DNA from: a virus
Virus record (IMG/VR): IMGVR_UViG_3300020027_000005
Location: 12,483 to 76,482 of that record
Length of the DNA: 64,000 nucleotides
Reading direction: 5' to 3' (one strand)
Shown here: piece after piece, positions 19,561 through 29,798 of the stretch
Position numbering within the stretch: the stretch's first letter is position 1
Layout: each line of letters begins with the position of its first letter
Notes under the pieces: generated by a model
What the model saw: the letters and a program-made list of their open reading frames with translations, nothing else
What the model was told of the DNA's origin: nothing
Database searches by the model: none
Translations under genes and position numbers: made by a program

Positions 19561-20107
19561 ACGCTGGTGGGTGAACTTCCTGAAGAGGGGAGAGGACTTT
19601 ACTGACCTCTTCAAACCAAGGGGAGAGGTCGAAGCTCGGCTCATCTACGCGCACGGTCCGAGGAAGGGAGAGGTTGCCCGTGTCATCCATGGACGCAACA
19701 TCGTCACCAGCTGGCTTTCTTCGGGAGGCGCTGCTCCGACATCCGGACGAGACCTTCTCCGTCGAATCCTGGCACCTGCAGCTTTTTCAGGCTCCCTCGC
19801 AGCTGACGCTGATGCAACGATTCAGCAGGCCTGGCTCGGTTCTGGTACCACCGCGGAGACTTCCAGCGACGAAGGTCTGGAGACTCTGATCGGTGGTTCG
19901 GAGAAGATCGTCTCCGATGTGGTGTTCGACGCTCTGAATCCCTACGTGACGTTCGTGTTCGAGTGGGACGAGAGTGAAGTGAACGTCTCCATCTCAGAGG
20001 CTGGGCTTCTTTCGGGGCGAGACGACTTCATCGCTCGCAAGACTTTCGGGACCTTCACCAAGACCAGCGATTTCACTCTTGAAATTCGCTGGACGATCAG
20101 GTTCTGA
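19496..20107 (+). CDS. Tail fibre attachment/collar-like protein
   Basis: RNIVT...LGSG...ISEAGL...FIARKTF..FTKTSDFTLEIRWTIRF pattern. Confidence 0.65.
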   Translation: MRFGPLLSTRFRVIRNLLTTARRWWVNFLKRGEDFTDLFKPRGEVEARLIYAHGPRKGEVARVIHGRNIVTSWLSSGGAAPTSGRDLLRRILAPAAFSGSLAADADATIQQAWLGSGTTAETSSDEGLETLIGGSEKIVSDVVFDALNPYVTFVFEWDESEVNVSISEAGLLSGRDDFIARKTFGTFTKTSDFTLEIRWTIRF

Positions 20108-20109
20108 CC

Positions 20110-22353
20110 ATGACCACCTACAAGACCCTCGACGAGATCACGACGGACCTCGAGCTCATCCAGTACCTGGAACAGCTGAAGTCCGGCAGTCTTCTGGGCA
20201 ACGTCGGGATCAATAGATCTCTCGAACGGCTGGCCACGAACCTCGATGTGGTTCTCGAAGCTCTTCAGGGAGCCAAGGCCACCTTCATGGAGGGGGGCGG
20301 AACCATCGGGTTCACCGCCAACACCCTGACTTTCTCGTCCAACCTCACTCTGCATTTTCCTGGGATGCTGGGCTCGGTCAAGACGAATGTGATCAGTACT
20401 GTCGACTCCCCGGTGGCGACGCTCACTGCCGGGAAGGTCGGGTACGTCATCCTCGATCGAAACACGGACGGAGCGACTGTTGCTCTCGACGTTGCAGCTT
20501 CGATGACGGCTTTCATCACGCTGCTCGCAGGAGATACGGCCCGACTCGACTACCAGATCATCTTCATCGCCACGACCGATGGCCTCACCTTCTTCGATGG
20601 TCGGAGACTTCGAGAGGGCTTCTCCATCACGGCGGATGGGTTCGTCGACTCGCAGTACGGCCAGCAGTCCGAGGTCACGACGGTTCACGAGAACCAGAAG
20701 GAGAATGTCCGGTTCTTCCTCACGGGAGGCGGAGACATCTCCTGGGACGTGAGCAGCACGTTCTTCACCTGGTCTTCGGCGATCATCATCGAGTTCCCGA
20801 GTTCGGTTGGAAACAACCGAATCCTGGCGGGTTCTTCCCCTGCCACGATTCCGGCAGGCTCGTTGATGTACGTCACCCTCACTCGAGACCCCGGAGGTGT
20901 GGTCAACGTCTCTCCGACCATCGCGGTCATCGGCTCGGCCCCAGACACGGACAACGTCCTCGTTCTGGCGATGCACAAGTCCGACGGGAGGCTCTACCTC
21001 TGGAACGGCCAGAGCCTCGTCGACGGAGAGACGACCCGTCTCGGAGGCGTCCAGTCCGGCATTCAGTGGATGTTCCGAGCTCTGGGGACGGGGACCCAGT
21101 CTGCGGACTTCACGGTCGGTGGAGCCTTTCCGAACCGCTCGTACCGGGTGGGAACCGGGGAGCTCATGGTCTACCGAAACGGGTTGAAGCAGCGTGCCTC
21201 GAACGCGTTTTGGAACGGAATCAATCCCGCAGGAGCTCTGGTTGGCTCCATCACCGAGTTCGACCACTACGTGGAAGAGAGACAGGACGCTTCAGGAACG
21301 GGGATTCGGATCTTTTGGCTTCGAGACGACGGGACTGCACTCGGTCATCCGGACGCCACCCATGATCCCGAGTGGGAATGGCCCGACAGTGACGACTATG
21401 TCGAGGCCTTCATCGGTCTTCAGGGAGAAGGGTCGGACGAGACCGACCTCTCTGCTTTCCAGGGGACCTCTTCCGTCAGCGTGACCGAGGTCGCCCCGGG
21501 GGTCTTGGAGTTCGAAGTTCCCGCTCCGAGAGGGGCAGGGCTCGCGAACTCTTCGACTCCAGGCGTGGGGAACCCTTACGCGGTCTGGAGCGACTTCGAC
21601 CTGATGAGCGGGTTCGAAACCGTGTGGTCCACCCAAGGAACGACCCGGGCCATCTTCACCGGAGGTGGAGTTCTTCGGTCGAATGGAGTGGCCTACAGAA
21701 GCACGACTACTGCAAACCGAGTCTCGATCCTCGATTCCCAGATCTTCCCGGCCGACACTCTGACCCCGAGTGCGTGGAACTACGTCTACCTCTACCCGGC
21801 GGTCACTTCAGGAGATCCGCCTCGAGGCGTGGTGGCGAGCCTGGCGCCCGACAACACTAACTAAAATAAACACCCCTCGGATGAGGACTACAAATTCCTC
21901 ACGTCTGTCTTCGTTGGCGGTGGGCAGTTCCGATCCTTCGTGAAGCAAGGGAGTCTCGTCACTCTCGGCTTCGACCACGACATCGTGACGGCTTTTGCAG
22001 CCCTCTCCTTCTCTGGAGTCAGCTCCTTCACTGCGGTGGACTTCACCGGAGCTTTTCTGCCGAAAGGCGTGCGCCAAGCTCGCATCAAACTCTTCCTGAC
22101 TCTCGACTCGGTGGCAGCTCCGGTCGGGACCCGAATCACCGTTCGGGGTCGAATTCCTGGGTTCAACACCTTCAGGTCCTACTCGGCAGTTCGAGGCTCT
22201 GACGCTAGCGTGATCATCGAGATGGACCTGTTGCTGGACCACAATGATCGGATGGAGTTCAGCGGAGACGCCTCCATCACTGCGATTTCGGCCGCAGCTC
22301 TGATCTCCTACGTCGAAGGTCGGTACACCGTGGCCGACAACATGGGGGCGTAG
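20110..22353 (+). CDS. Tail fibre protein, apparently one reading frame interrupted by an in-frame TAA at 21862-21864
   Basis: ORFs 20110..21864 and 21940..22353 share a frame and the gap is open (..APDNTN*NKHPSDEDYKFLTSV..); domains are paralogous to 22357..23646. Confidence 0.6.
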
Positions 22354-22356
22354 GCC

Positions 22357-23646
22357 ATGCCGGGACTCAAGAGAGAACAGGGCAACGATCTCGAGTCTGC
22401 GACCACAGCGCGGCAGGATCGGAACTTCGCACTCACCGACGGTGGAATCATCACCTGGGACGCGGGAACCGGAGAGTTGGCCTGGGCCGGAACTCTCCGA
22501 GTCCGAATCCCAGGAGAGACCGTTATCGGCATTGCAGCTGGAAGCGTGACGGGTCTCACCTCCGCCAATGACACCATCTTCATCGACGTGGACCGAGATG
22601 CTGGGACCATCAGTGCCCCGGGTCAGTCCGAGCTGGACAACGCTGGCAATCTCTCCGACGGACGCGTCGTTCTGGCGGTTCGAGGCATCGATGGGAAGCT
22701 CTACTTTCGGAACGGAACGGTCTTCACAGACGGGGACGTCAAGACCTTCGGGTCTCTGAATTCTGCGACCGATCGGAACGAGCTCATCGCCAACGGAGCG
22801 GCTGTCAAGAACGTAGGTTTCACGTTCCTTCCGGCCAGCAATCAGCTCGTGGTCTACGTTGGCGGCATTCTTCAGAAGCTCGGTCTTCACTACGTCGAGA
22901 CGGGGACAACCCAGGTCACCTTCGAGGACGAGTACATCCCGTCGGTCGGTGAGCTCGTCACGTTCATGAACGTGGTCGGCGGAGAGGGTCCTCCAGGAAC
23001 GAGCAGTCTTCAGTCCGCCTACGACAATGGAACCTTGATCGAGGCCGTGGATGAAGCTCCGGTTCAGCTCAAGTCTGGGGACGAAGGTACGGAGGTCCTC
23101 CTCCAGATCGGACATCCCTCCAGTACTGGAGGTTTGGCAGCCGCCAAGGTCGACCGAGACGGAGAGCTCACGGTCAACCGGATCGTTCTTCGAGATCTCA
23201 CCAATGGAACCAAGGCTTTCATTTTTGAGGTCGACCAAAATGGTGCTCTTCGGATTCGTGCTTCTGCATCTGGGGCCGAGTACGGAATCCGACTCAACGA
23301 CGACGACACCGGAATCGAGTTCGGGAAGTTCGAAGACGTCAATGACGCCGGAGAATCTGGCGGAGCCTTCCGAACCACAACCTTCAGCGGAACGACCTCC
23401 GGAGTCGCAGAGACGAATGTCGCAACCGGATTCACGACCATCCGAGGAGTGATCGTCTCCGTCTTCCACTCCACCCTGGGGCGATACCTGGTCAGCGGCT
23501 TTGCCGACGCTGCTTCCGCTTCCCGAGAGTTCTACGTCTCCTGGACTGCGGCAGGGGTCGTGACTGTCTCCGGGGCTTCGAATGGGACTGGAGTTTTGCC
23601 GACTGCTCTTCAAGGGCAGAATTGCAAGATCCTGGTCTTCCACTAG
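22357..23646 (+). CDS. Tail fibre protein
   Basis: LTDGGIITWD..., DGKLYFRNG, LVVYVGGILQ, SLQSAYDNG motifs. Confidence 0.65.
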   Translation: MPGLKREQGNDLESATTARQDRNFALTDGGIITWDAGTGELAWAGTLRVRIPGETVIGIAAGSVTGLTSANDTIFIDVDRDAGTISAPGQSELDNAGNLSDGRVVLAVRGIDGKLYFRNGTVFTDGDVKTFGSLNSATDRNELIANGAAVKNVGFTFLPASNQLVVYVGGILQKLGLHYVETGTTQVTFEDEYIPSVGELVTFMNVVGGEGPPGTSSLQSAYDNGTLIEAVDEAPVQLKSGDEGTEVLLQIGHPSSTGGLAAAKVDRDGELTVNRIVLRDLTNGTKAFIFEVDQNGALRIRASASGAEYGIRLNDDDTGIEFGKFEDVNDAGESGGAFRTTTFSGTTSGVAETNVATGFTTIRGVIVSVFHSTLGRYLVSGFADAASASREFYVSWTAAGVVTVSGASNGTGVLPTALQGQNCKILVFH

Positions 23647-23654
23647 GAGAAGTC

Positions 23655-23993
23655 TTGTACAACTGCCTCATCGACGCCAAGACCGGAGAAGTCATCGTCT
23701 GTACTCGTGGAAGAGTCTTCCTCCAGGCAGGGCAGTCGCTCGTTCAGTCTCCAGAACCTCTCGAGCCGCCGTCGGACTACATCTACGACTTCCACACCCA
23801 GATGATCTTGGAGAAGACGGACGAGCGGAAGCAGCAGGAACGCGCGCTTTCGAAAGCCATCTCTGAGGGTGCCGAAGCCGAACAAGTCGTTCGTCTGGAG
23901 GACCTGAAGGCGAAGGTCGAGGCCATCAAAGATGGGAAGACGAAAGACGCCATCAAGTCTCTGGCCGCCTACCTGGGCGTAAAGCTGGACTGA
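23655..23993 (+). CDS. Hypothetical protein, possible tail fibre chaperone
   Basis: AGGAG RBS before TTG at 23655; last gene of the structural operon. Confidence 0.55.
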   Translation: MYNCLIDAKTGEVIVCTRGRVFLQAGQSLVQSPEPLEPPSDYIYDFHTQMILEKTDERKQQERALSKAISEGAEAEQVVRLEDLKAKVEAIKDGKTKDAIKSLAAYLGVKLD

Positions 23994-24035
23994 AGGCGAA
24001 AAAAGGAAGGGGGATGGATTTCTCCACCCCCCTTC
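23992..24035 (-). terminator. Intrinsic terminator of the minus-strand replication operon
   Basis: Minus strand reads GAAGGGGGGTGGA-GAAA-TCCATCCCCCTTC then CTTTTTTCGCCTTC. Confidence 0.8.
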
Positions 24036-24094
24036 GGTTTCACCACCACCACCGACAACCCTCGACCTAGCCGTTGCTAGTCAGGGTCGTAACC

Positions 24095-25189
24095 TCACTC
24101 GCTGGGCGCTGCCCATCCGAGCTCGGCGTGGATCTTCCGACGGACGACCTTCGGGAAGACGATCTTGTGGGCTTCCTTCACCCCGACCTGCTCGGCGAGC
24201 TTCCGAAGCTCCTCGAGGGACAGCTTCTTGAGGCTCTCCGGGGTGATCTCGAGCTCTGCGATCAGGGCCGCCTTGTCCGTGTCCCCTGCCTCGGGCGGGA
24301 GCTTGGTCTCGGTTGCGGCTGCCCGCGCCTTCATGGCCTTCGTCGGAGTGGGGGTCTTGGTCGACTCCGCCTCCTCCACCTGCTCGACCTTCGCGGCCTT
24401 CGTCGGCTTCACGACCGGAGTCGGCCGCTGGGCCGGGCTGTCGGTGACGTGGGTCTCGACGGGGTTGAGCTCGATCTCCCCGTAGAACTCGGAGAGCTTC
24501 TTCAGGGTCTGGTTCAGAGCCTCCTGGTTCCGGAGAACCGTGTCGAGGTAGGCACGGAGAACCGTGTAGTTCGCGTCTGCCGAGTTCGACACCGCCTCGA
24601 AGGCGTCCGCCAGACCCTCACGGAGAGTCCGGAGCTCCTCGAAGACCGGGCCGACATCCTGGGCCTCTTCCACTGCAGGATCGGGCTCCTTCTTTCGGAA
24701 CTCGACGACCTTGCGCTCTTCCTTCTGTTCGTTCACCTGGACTTCCCCCTCGGCCACCGGAGCGGCCGTTTTCTGCGGCTTGTGTACTCCGTTGGTCGCG
24801 CCGTTCTTGAGCACGATCTTCGGAAGGAGTTCGGCGGACTTCTTCAGGACCTCTTCGTTGAGAGGTCCCTGGGTGTACATGGCTCCGATGTCTTCGGCCG
24901 TGATGGCCTCACCGGCGTCCGACTTGTCGAGGACCGCCATGACTCCTGCGACATTGATCGGGTACTTGGTTCCCCCTCCGATGTCGTAGATCGCGGCCCC
25001 GTAGTCGAAGGTCCCCGCCCGCTTCGCATCGATCAGACGGGCCAGGTCATGCTGCTTGGAGAACTGGCCGAAGGCCCGGACGACGGAGGGCTGAGCCCTT
25101 CCGAACACTTCCTGGGCCAGCTTGATCATGGTCGGGCGGTTGTCGAGGATGTTGTTCGTGGGGGTGTTCACATCGATTGCGGTACTCAT
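24095..25189 (-). CDS. Hypothetical protein with coiled coil and C-terminal Rho-N/HeH-like domain
   Basis: LKKLSLEELRKLAEQVGV; GGAG RBS. Confidence 0.65.
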   Translation of the reverse strand: MSTAIDVNTPTNNILDNRPTMIKLAQEVFGRAQPSVVRAFGQFSKQHDLARLIDAKRAGTFDYGAAIYDIGGGTKYPINVAGVMAVLDKSDAGEAITAEDIGAMYTQGPLNEEVLKKSAELLPKIVLKNGATNGVHKPQKTAAPVAEGEVQVNEQKEERKVVEFRKKEPDPAVEEAQDVGPVFEELRTLREGLADAFEAVSNSADANYTVLRAYLDTVLRNQEALNQTLKKLSEFYGEIELNPVETHVTDSPAQRPTPVVKPTKAAKVEQVEEAESTKTPTPTKAMKARAAATETKLPPEAGDTDKAALIAELEITPESLKKLSLEELRKLAEQVGVKEAHKIVFPKVVRRKIHAELGWAAPSE

Positions 25190-25207
25190 CTTCTTTTCTC
25201 CCCTTCT

Positions 25208-25612
25208 TCAGTCAACCAGGTCATGGTTCACGGTGTAGCATTCGATCACGATTCTAGAGGGGCAAGCCGGACAGTCCAGATTGCACGGCATGGAACTGGC
25301 CATGAGCCGTTGATTGTCCTGTACGAACTTTGCGGTCCTCTCACGGATCGATTGAACCTGGTCTTCGGGGACAGGACTTTCCCGCTGGAACCAGACCAGG
25401 TCCACGAGTTCTTCCCTTGGAAGGAGCCGAGACGCGGTCTCGAATCCTACGAGATGTGCGAGTTCTACTAACTCTGACTCGCTCATTTCTACTACATCTT
25501 CAGGGTCATATTTCAACCCTGCGGGCTCCTTCTTTTTCTTCTTTGGAGCCTCTGGAGCTTTCTGATGAACGGTTAGCAGCTTTCGCAGCCGATCATCGGT
25601 TTTACCAGCCAT
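25208..25612 (-). CDS. Hypothetical protein with HeH-like motif and Cys cluster
   Basis: MSESELVELAHLVG; CNLDCPAC...EC. Confidence 0.6.
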   Translation of the reverse strand: MAGKTDDRLRKLLTVHQKAPEAPKKKKKEPAGLKYDPEDVVEMSESELVELAHLVGFETASRLLPREELVDLVWFQRESPVPEDQVQSIRERTAKFVQDNQRLMASSMPCNLDCPACPSRIVIECYTVNHDLVD

Positions 25613-26060
25613 CTTCGTCACTCTCGATGATCACCCCTTCGAGTGGTCTCAACCAAGCCACCAACCTCTCTTCTCCAAGAGTGATCCTTTTGTGGGCGTG
25701 GACGTCGAAGTTGTTCCGGTCCCGTATTCCGACGACTGTCGCAATGCAGTCTTCCGCGAGCTTGATCAAGTTCGTGGTATCGATGTCGGCGAATGGGGAT
25801 TTCACTCTCTTGTCCACGCCGTACGTCAGGTTCAAGACCGTTTCTTCGAGCATGTAGAAGAAGAGGTTGAGCTCGTAGGGTTCGTTCTGTTGAGGGTTGA
25901 ACGCCATGAGGTCCGCAGGAGGAACTCCTCCACCTCGGAGGATGAAGTCGTTCTTGTACTTCCTCCCCTGGGTCGTAAGAATCTTCCGGCCACCTTTCAC
26001 CAAGTACAGGTGGTTTACAGATTCCGGCAGTCCTACATACTCGAATCGCAGAGCTTTCAC
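25602..26060 (-). CDS. RusA-like Holliday junction resolvase
   Basis: PESVNHLY...GRKYK; DTTNLIKLAEDCI...IRDRN; GTGA coupling places the start at 26060. Confidence 0.7.
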   Translation of the reverse strand: MKALRFEYVGLPESVNHLYLVKGGRKILTTQGRKYKNDFILRGGGVPPADLMAFNPQQNEPYELNLFFYMLEETVLNLTYGVDKRVKSPFADIDTTNLIKLAEDCIATVVGIRDRNNFDVHAHKRITLGEERLVAWLRPLEGVIIESDEDGW

Positions 26061-26674
26061 CTGCGGAAGTCCGGAGCACTCGAACCACCTTCGTGAATAT
26101 CCCGTTTCAGTTCTTCGCCTCTGCGGGTCTGCTCTCGGGAGATGTTGTTCAGAGTCCTCTTGAGCTGCTCGTGCCGACTTTCCATCGCCTTGTAGTAGGT
26201 CTTGAGGCGGAGAAGGTCGGCGTCGCACTGAACGAACCTGGCGTCGGTGTTGATGTAGTCGTCTGCCAGGTTCGCCGGGATGTTCTTGTCTTTGATGTAG
26301 TAGACCCGAAGAGCCGAACGGATGATGTCGTTCCGGCTCGTCTGGATGTCGAGGTGGCTCTTCGCCCTCGAGCATTCAGCGGTCACGTAGTTCGCCCAGT
26401 TGTGAAAGAACGTGAAGAGCTTCCCGATCTGGACCTGGTCGATCGCGGTCAGGTCCTCGGGCGGAAACGGGTCACCGTTTACTCCGAGGAGGACGATTCC
26501 TTCGAGCTCGTCGGGTGCTCCCGGGATGGCCAGGGTGTGGGAGACTCCGGCGTCGGCCAGAGCTGCATCCACATCCGGGAGAATCCCATCGTAGATCTGG
26601 AGGAGTTCCTCCACCTTGAGGTTCTTCGCAACCGAGAACCTTCCTCCCCCGCCTACCTGCGTGTCGTCGCTCAT
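26057..26674 (-). CDS. Hypothetical coiled-coil protein, possibly a UvsY-like recombination mediator
   Basis: Helical; YINTDARFVQ...KAMESRHEQLK pattern; lies near RecA. Confidence 0.5.
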   Translation of the reverse strand: MSDDTQVGGGGRFSVAKNLKVEELLQIYDGILPDVDAALADAGVSHTLAIPGAPDELEGIVLLGVNGDPFPPEDLTAIDQVQIGKLFTFFHNWANYVTAECSRAKSHLDIQTSRNDIIRSALRVYYIKDKNIPANLADDYINTDARFVQCDADLLRLKTYYKAMESRHEQLKRTLNNISREQTRRGEELKRDIHEGGSSAPDFRR

Positions 26675-27915
26675 CGTTGAAACATCCTGTCGACGCTGGG
26701 TGGAACGAGTTCTGGCTTACAGATCCAGCTGTACTTGCAAGCCTTGCAGTAGGAGTCTTTTCCAGAGATTCTTTGAGGAAGCTCCTTTTTGTCCACGGCC
26801 TGGATGATTCTGGTCGCCCGAGTAGCGATGCGATGCCAGACGTTCCTGTCTACGGGGATTCGGTAGACCGTGATTTCTGCGGTCTCTTTGCACACGTAGA
26901 TGTACGAGACAGCGTCCAGGCCGAGGTTCGCTGCGTAGATGGTCGCCTGCTCGATGTGTTCTTGTTTCGGCTTCGTGAGTGTCGAGTGGCCGAGAAGGGA
27001 GATGGTCTTGATCTCCATTCCTTCTTTCTGGTCGACCCCGTCGCAGCTGCCGAAGATCCGGAGATTCTTGTTCTTTGCAGGAACCTCTGCTCTGAAGTGC
27101 GGGAGGGACCAGGACAGCGCCTTCTGGACGATGTCGTGGTAGATGTGGCCGAGGTCGAAGATCCTTCGGAGCTTCTTGAACCGAAGGGATTCCCGCTCCA
27201 GTTCCTCCTCTCCCGACAACCCGTAGGCGATCTTCCGGTCGCAGGGGGATGTCGAAATTTCGGAGGGATGGATGACGTTCCTCTCCCGGTGCTTCGTTCC
27301 TCCGTCGAGGTTCTTGTCTGTCCCGATGGAGGAAATGAGGGTGTTCATCTTGTCGGTGAGAGGCTGGTTCGGAGTCGTGACCAGGCCCGTCCAGGCCGGG
27401 ACAGAGTCTCCTCGAACTGCGGCCTGCATGTAGGTGTGGGCGGTCTCGAAGTCACCGGTCACCGTGTACCAGAACCACGACTGGTTGCTTCGGTCGAGGG
27501 CCCCGATGTTCAGCTTCTGGAACCCTTCGATGTGAGCTTTCGCTCCCGCGGGGATCGCCAGTCTCGGGTCCAGGAACCCCGTCCTGAAGTCGAGAGTGGA
27601 TACGACCGCCACGTCGAGCATCGTGTCTCCAAGGCTGCCCGCGAAGGTCGTGAAGGCCTTGTCCGACATCGTGAGAGCGTGGCCACGGGAGAAGGTTCCT
27701 CTGTTGGCGGCAGCGAGGTAGTTCGTGAGCAGTTCTCTCTGCTCGAGTTCGGCTGCTCGCATCAACGCGAAACGCTTGTTCTCATTCGTGGGTACAGCAC
27801 TCTGGCTGAACGCACGCTCTACCGAGGAGGGCTGGACCAACTCCTCCCACAGGTACTGCCCCTGTGCCCCGTACTCGGCCCACAGGGAGTCATAGATCAC
27901 TTCCCGAAGATTCAT
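26671..27915 (-). CDS. Cas4-like PD-(D/E)XK exonuclease with Fe-S cysteines
   Basis: HPSEISTSPCDRK; GHIYH; GSCDG..EIKT; QATIY; CKACKYSWIC. Confidence 0.8.
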   Translation of the reverse strand: MNLREVIYDSLWAEYGAQGQYLWEELVQPSSVERAFSQSAVPTNENKRFALMRAAELEQRELLTNYLAAANRGTFSRGHALTMSDKAFTTFAGSLGDTMLDVAVVSTLDFRTGFLDPRLAIPAGAKAHIEGFQKLNIGALDRSNQSWFWYTVTGDFETAHTYMQAAVRGDSVPAWTGLVTTPNQPLTDKMNTLISSIGTDKNLDGGTKHRERNVIHPSEISTSPCDRKIAYGLSGEEELERESLRFKKLRRIFDLGHIYHDIVQKALSWSLPHFRAEVPAKNKNLRIFGSCDGVDQKEGMEIKTISLLGHSTLTKPKQEHIEQATIYAANLGLDAVSYIYVCKETAEITVYRIPVDRNVWHRIATRATRIIQAVDKKELPQRISGKDSYCKACKYSWICKPELVPPSVDRMFQR

Positions 27916-28507
27916 TGGCAGCCTTGAAGTCGATGAACTGTTGTTCGGTGAGGGCTACTGCCGGTGGGTGCAGAGGAAGTGTTCTCGGGTAGAGACCCAG
28001 TAGGGTATCGACCCACGGATGAAGACCCTCGATGCACCTGGTTCCTGACTCGTCGAACCACTCTTTGAGAACGACGACGAACCTGTAGGTCGGCTCTCCG
28101 GGAAGCCCGCGAAGCTCGACGTGGAGAATGGGCTGTTCTCCTACCGCCATGGCTCCGTTCACCAGTTTCGACCAGATTTTTGGAGTGACGGTAAAGTGCC
28201 CTCTACTTGTTTGCTTTGCTTCCACTCGCCACACTCCGAATGTCCTTCCGTCTCCATCCAGCCCTAAGGCACCAGAAGCTGGGGTAGCTCTGGCACCGAC
28301 CAAGGCGTTGGCGCGCTTTTCTTGAGCACGCCAACTACTCTTGTTCCGAAGATGGATGGGTTGAGGCCGACGGAAGCGACTGCAATCTTCCTTATGCCGG
28401 ATGTTGTCCGACACCTGGACTTTGTCTCGTCCAATGCTCTTGCCGATGAAGAGGATTCCGCCTTCACCGCATTCTCGACAAGTCACTTTTCGTGGGCCTT
28501 TCTCCAC
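27890..28507 (-). CDS. PD-(D/E)XK nuclease (Holliday junction resolvase-like) with N-terminal Zn finger
   Basis: CREC..H...C; QEKRA..ATPASGA..DGD...VEAKQT. Confidence 0.7.
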   Translation of the reverse strand: MEKGPRKVTCRECGEGGILFIGKSIGRDKVQVSDNIRHKEDCSRFRRPQPIHLRNKSSWRAQEKRANALVGARATPASGALGLDGDGRTFGVWRVEAKQTSRGHFTVTPKIWSKLVNGAMAVGEQPILHVELRGLPGEPTYRFVVVLKEWFDESGTRCIEGLHPWVDTLLGLYPRTLPLHPPAVALTEQQFIDFKAANESSGSDL

Positions 28508-29616
28508 TACCGGGTCAACTTCTGGGCCAGGAGTCCGACCAGTTCCTCCGCCAGAGATTCATTTCCCTGGAGAGTGAGGATGGCGTTTTCCTTTCCCTGA
28601 CCCAGGCGAATGTCCCCGTAGTTGTACCAGGAGCCGCTCTTCTGGATGAGGCCGTACTGGCTTCCGTAGTCGAGGAGTTCCCCGAACATCGAGATGCCCT
28701 TTCCCCAGATGATGTCCACTTCGCAGGACCTGAAGGGAGGGGCGACCTTGTTCTTCACGACGTTCAGTCGAGTCCGACTTCCGAACTTCTCGTCGTTGGC
28801 CGAGAGGGCTCCGAGCTTCGTCGTCTCAATCCGAATCGAGGCGTAAAAAGGCAGAGCCTTCCCACCGCTCGTCGTCTTCGGGCTCCCGAAGGTGACTCCG
28901 ATTTTCTCCCGCATCTGGTTCAGGAAGATGACGACCGCGTTGCTCCTCGCGATCTTCGGGGTCATGATCCGAAGCGCCTGACCCATGAGACGAGCCTGGC
29001 CACCTGGATTGTGGTCCCCGATCTCTCCGTCGAGCTCCTTCTGTGGAACCAACGCTGCGACGGAGTCGATGACGACCAAGTCCACCTTCCCCGTCTCGAC
29101 GAGGTGGGAGACGGTCTGAAGGGCTTGTTCACCGTTGTCCGGTTGATAGCCGAGGGTCGAATCCAGATCGACTCCGAGGGCCTGGGCGTAGTTCGGGTCC
29201 AGGGCGTGCTCGACATCCACGAACGCTGCAATACCACCCGCCTTCTGACACTGATGAACGCAGTGCAAGGCCAGGGTGGTTTTTCCCGAGGCGTAGTCCC
29301 CGTAGATCTCGACGATTCGCCCACGAGGAAGTCCACCAACTCCGAGAGCGATGTCGAGGCCGAAAGAACCGGTGTGGATGACTCCACGGACCTCTTCTCT
29401 GAGTCCGTGAACTCCTCGCAGGGTGGACATCTGGATGCCCTTCCCGAAGGTCCTCCCGCAGATCTCATCGAGAGCGGCCAAACGCTCTTCTGGAGTCTTG
29501 GCCTCCGTCATCATGTTCCGTTGTTCGGCGAGGTTCGCATGCTCGTTCGTCTTCGGAATCATCGGATTCTCGGCGACGAGCTTCGGACCGAGGGTGTCCC
29601 GACTCTTGCGGCCCAC
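28507..29616 (-). CDS. recA: RecA recombinase
   Basis: TGSFGLDIALGVGGLPRGRIVEIYGDYASGKTT; IDSVAAL; QARLM; GGKALPFYASIR; KNKVAPPF. Confidence 0.97.
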   Translation of the reverse strand: MGRKSRDTLGPKLVAENPMIPKTNEHANLAEQRNMMTEAKTPEERLAALDEICGRTFGKGIQMSTLRGVHGLREEVRGVIHTGSFGLDIALGVGGLPRGRIVEIYGDYASGKTTLALHCVHQCQKAGGIAAFVDVEHALDPNYAQALGVDLDSTLGYQPDNGEQALQTVSHLVETGKVDLVVIDSVAALVPQKELDGEIGDHNPGGQARLMGQALRIMTPKIARSNAVVIFLNQMREKIGVTFGSPKTTSGGKALPFYASIRIETTKLGALSANDEKFGSRTRLNVVKNKVAPPFRSCEVDIIWGKGISMFGELLDYGSQYGLIQKSGSWYNYGDIRLGQGKENAILTLQGNESLAEELVGLLAQKLTR

Positions 29617-29790
29617 CTACTGTTCCTCCCGAAAGAGTTCCTGCTGGCAGTCCTCCTTCTGGACGATTTTGTCCTCCTGTTGGCCCGTGTTGACCACGGC
29701 CCTCTCGGTTCTCGACTTGTCGACTACCTTGGAGGCTTCCACGTGAGCCTTCTTCTCCTTCGGCGTGTTCACCACTGCGCGCTTTTCCAC
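29617..29790 (-). CDS. 57-aa small protein, missing from the ORF track
   Basis: AGGAG RBS, GTG start; MEKRAVVNT...TERAVVNT...FREEQ*; fills the polA-recA gap. Confidence 0.55.
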   Translation of the reverse strand: MEKRAVVNTPKEKKAHVEASKVVDKSRTERAVVNTGQQEDKIVQKEDCQQELFREEQ

Positions 29791-29798
29791 GGTTTCTC

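Noticed and set aside
21850-21875. Diversity-generating retroelement target
   Set aside because: No reverse transcriptase or template/variable repeat pair is seen in the window; kept only as a remote alternative.
26671-27915. Cas4-like gene as evidence of a CRISPR-Cas system
   Set aside because: There is no repeat-spacer array or other cas gene, and stand-alone Cas4-like nucleases are common in phage recombination modules.
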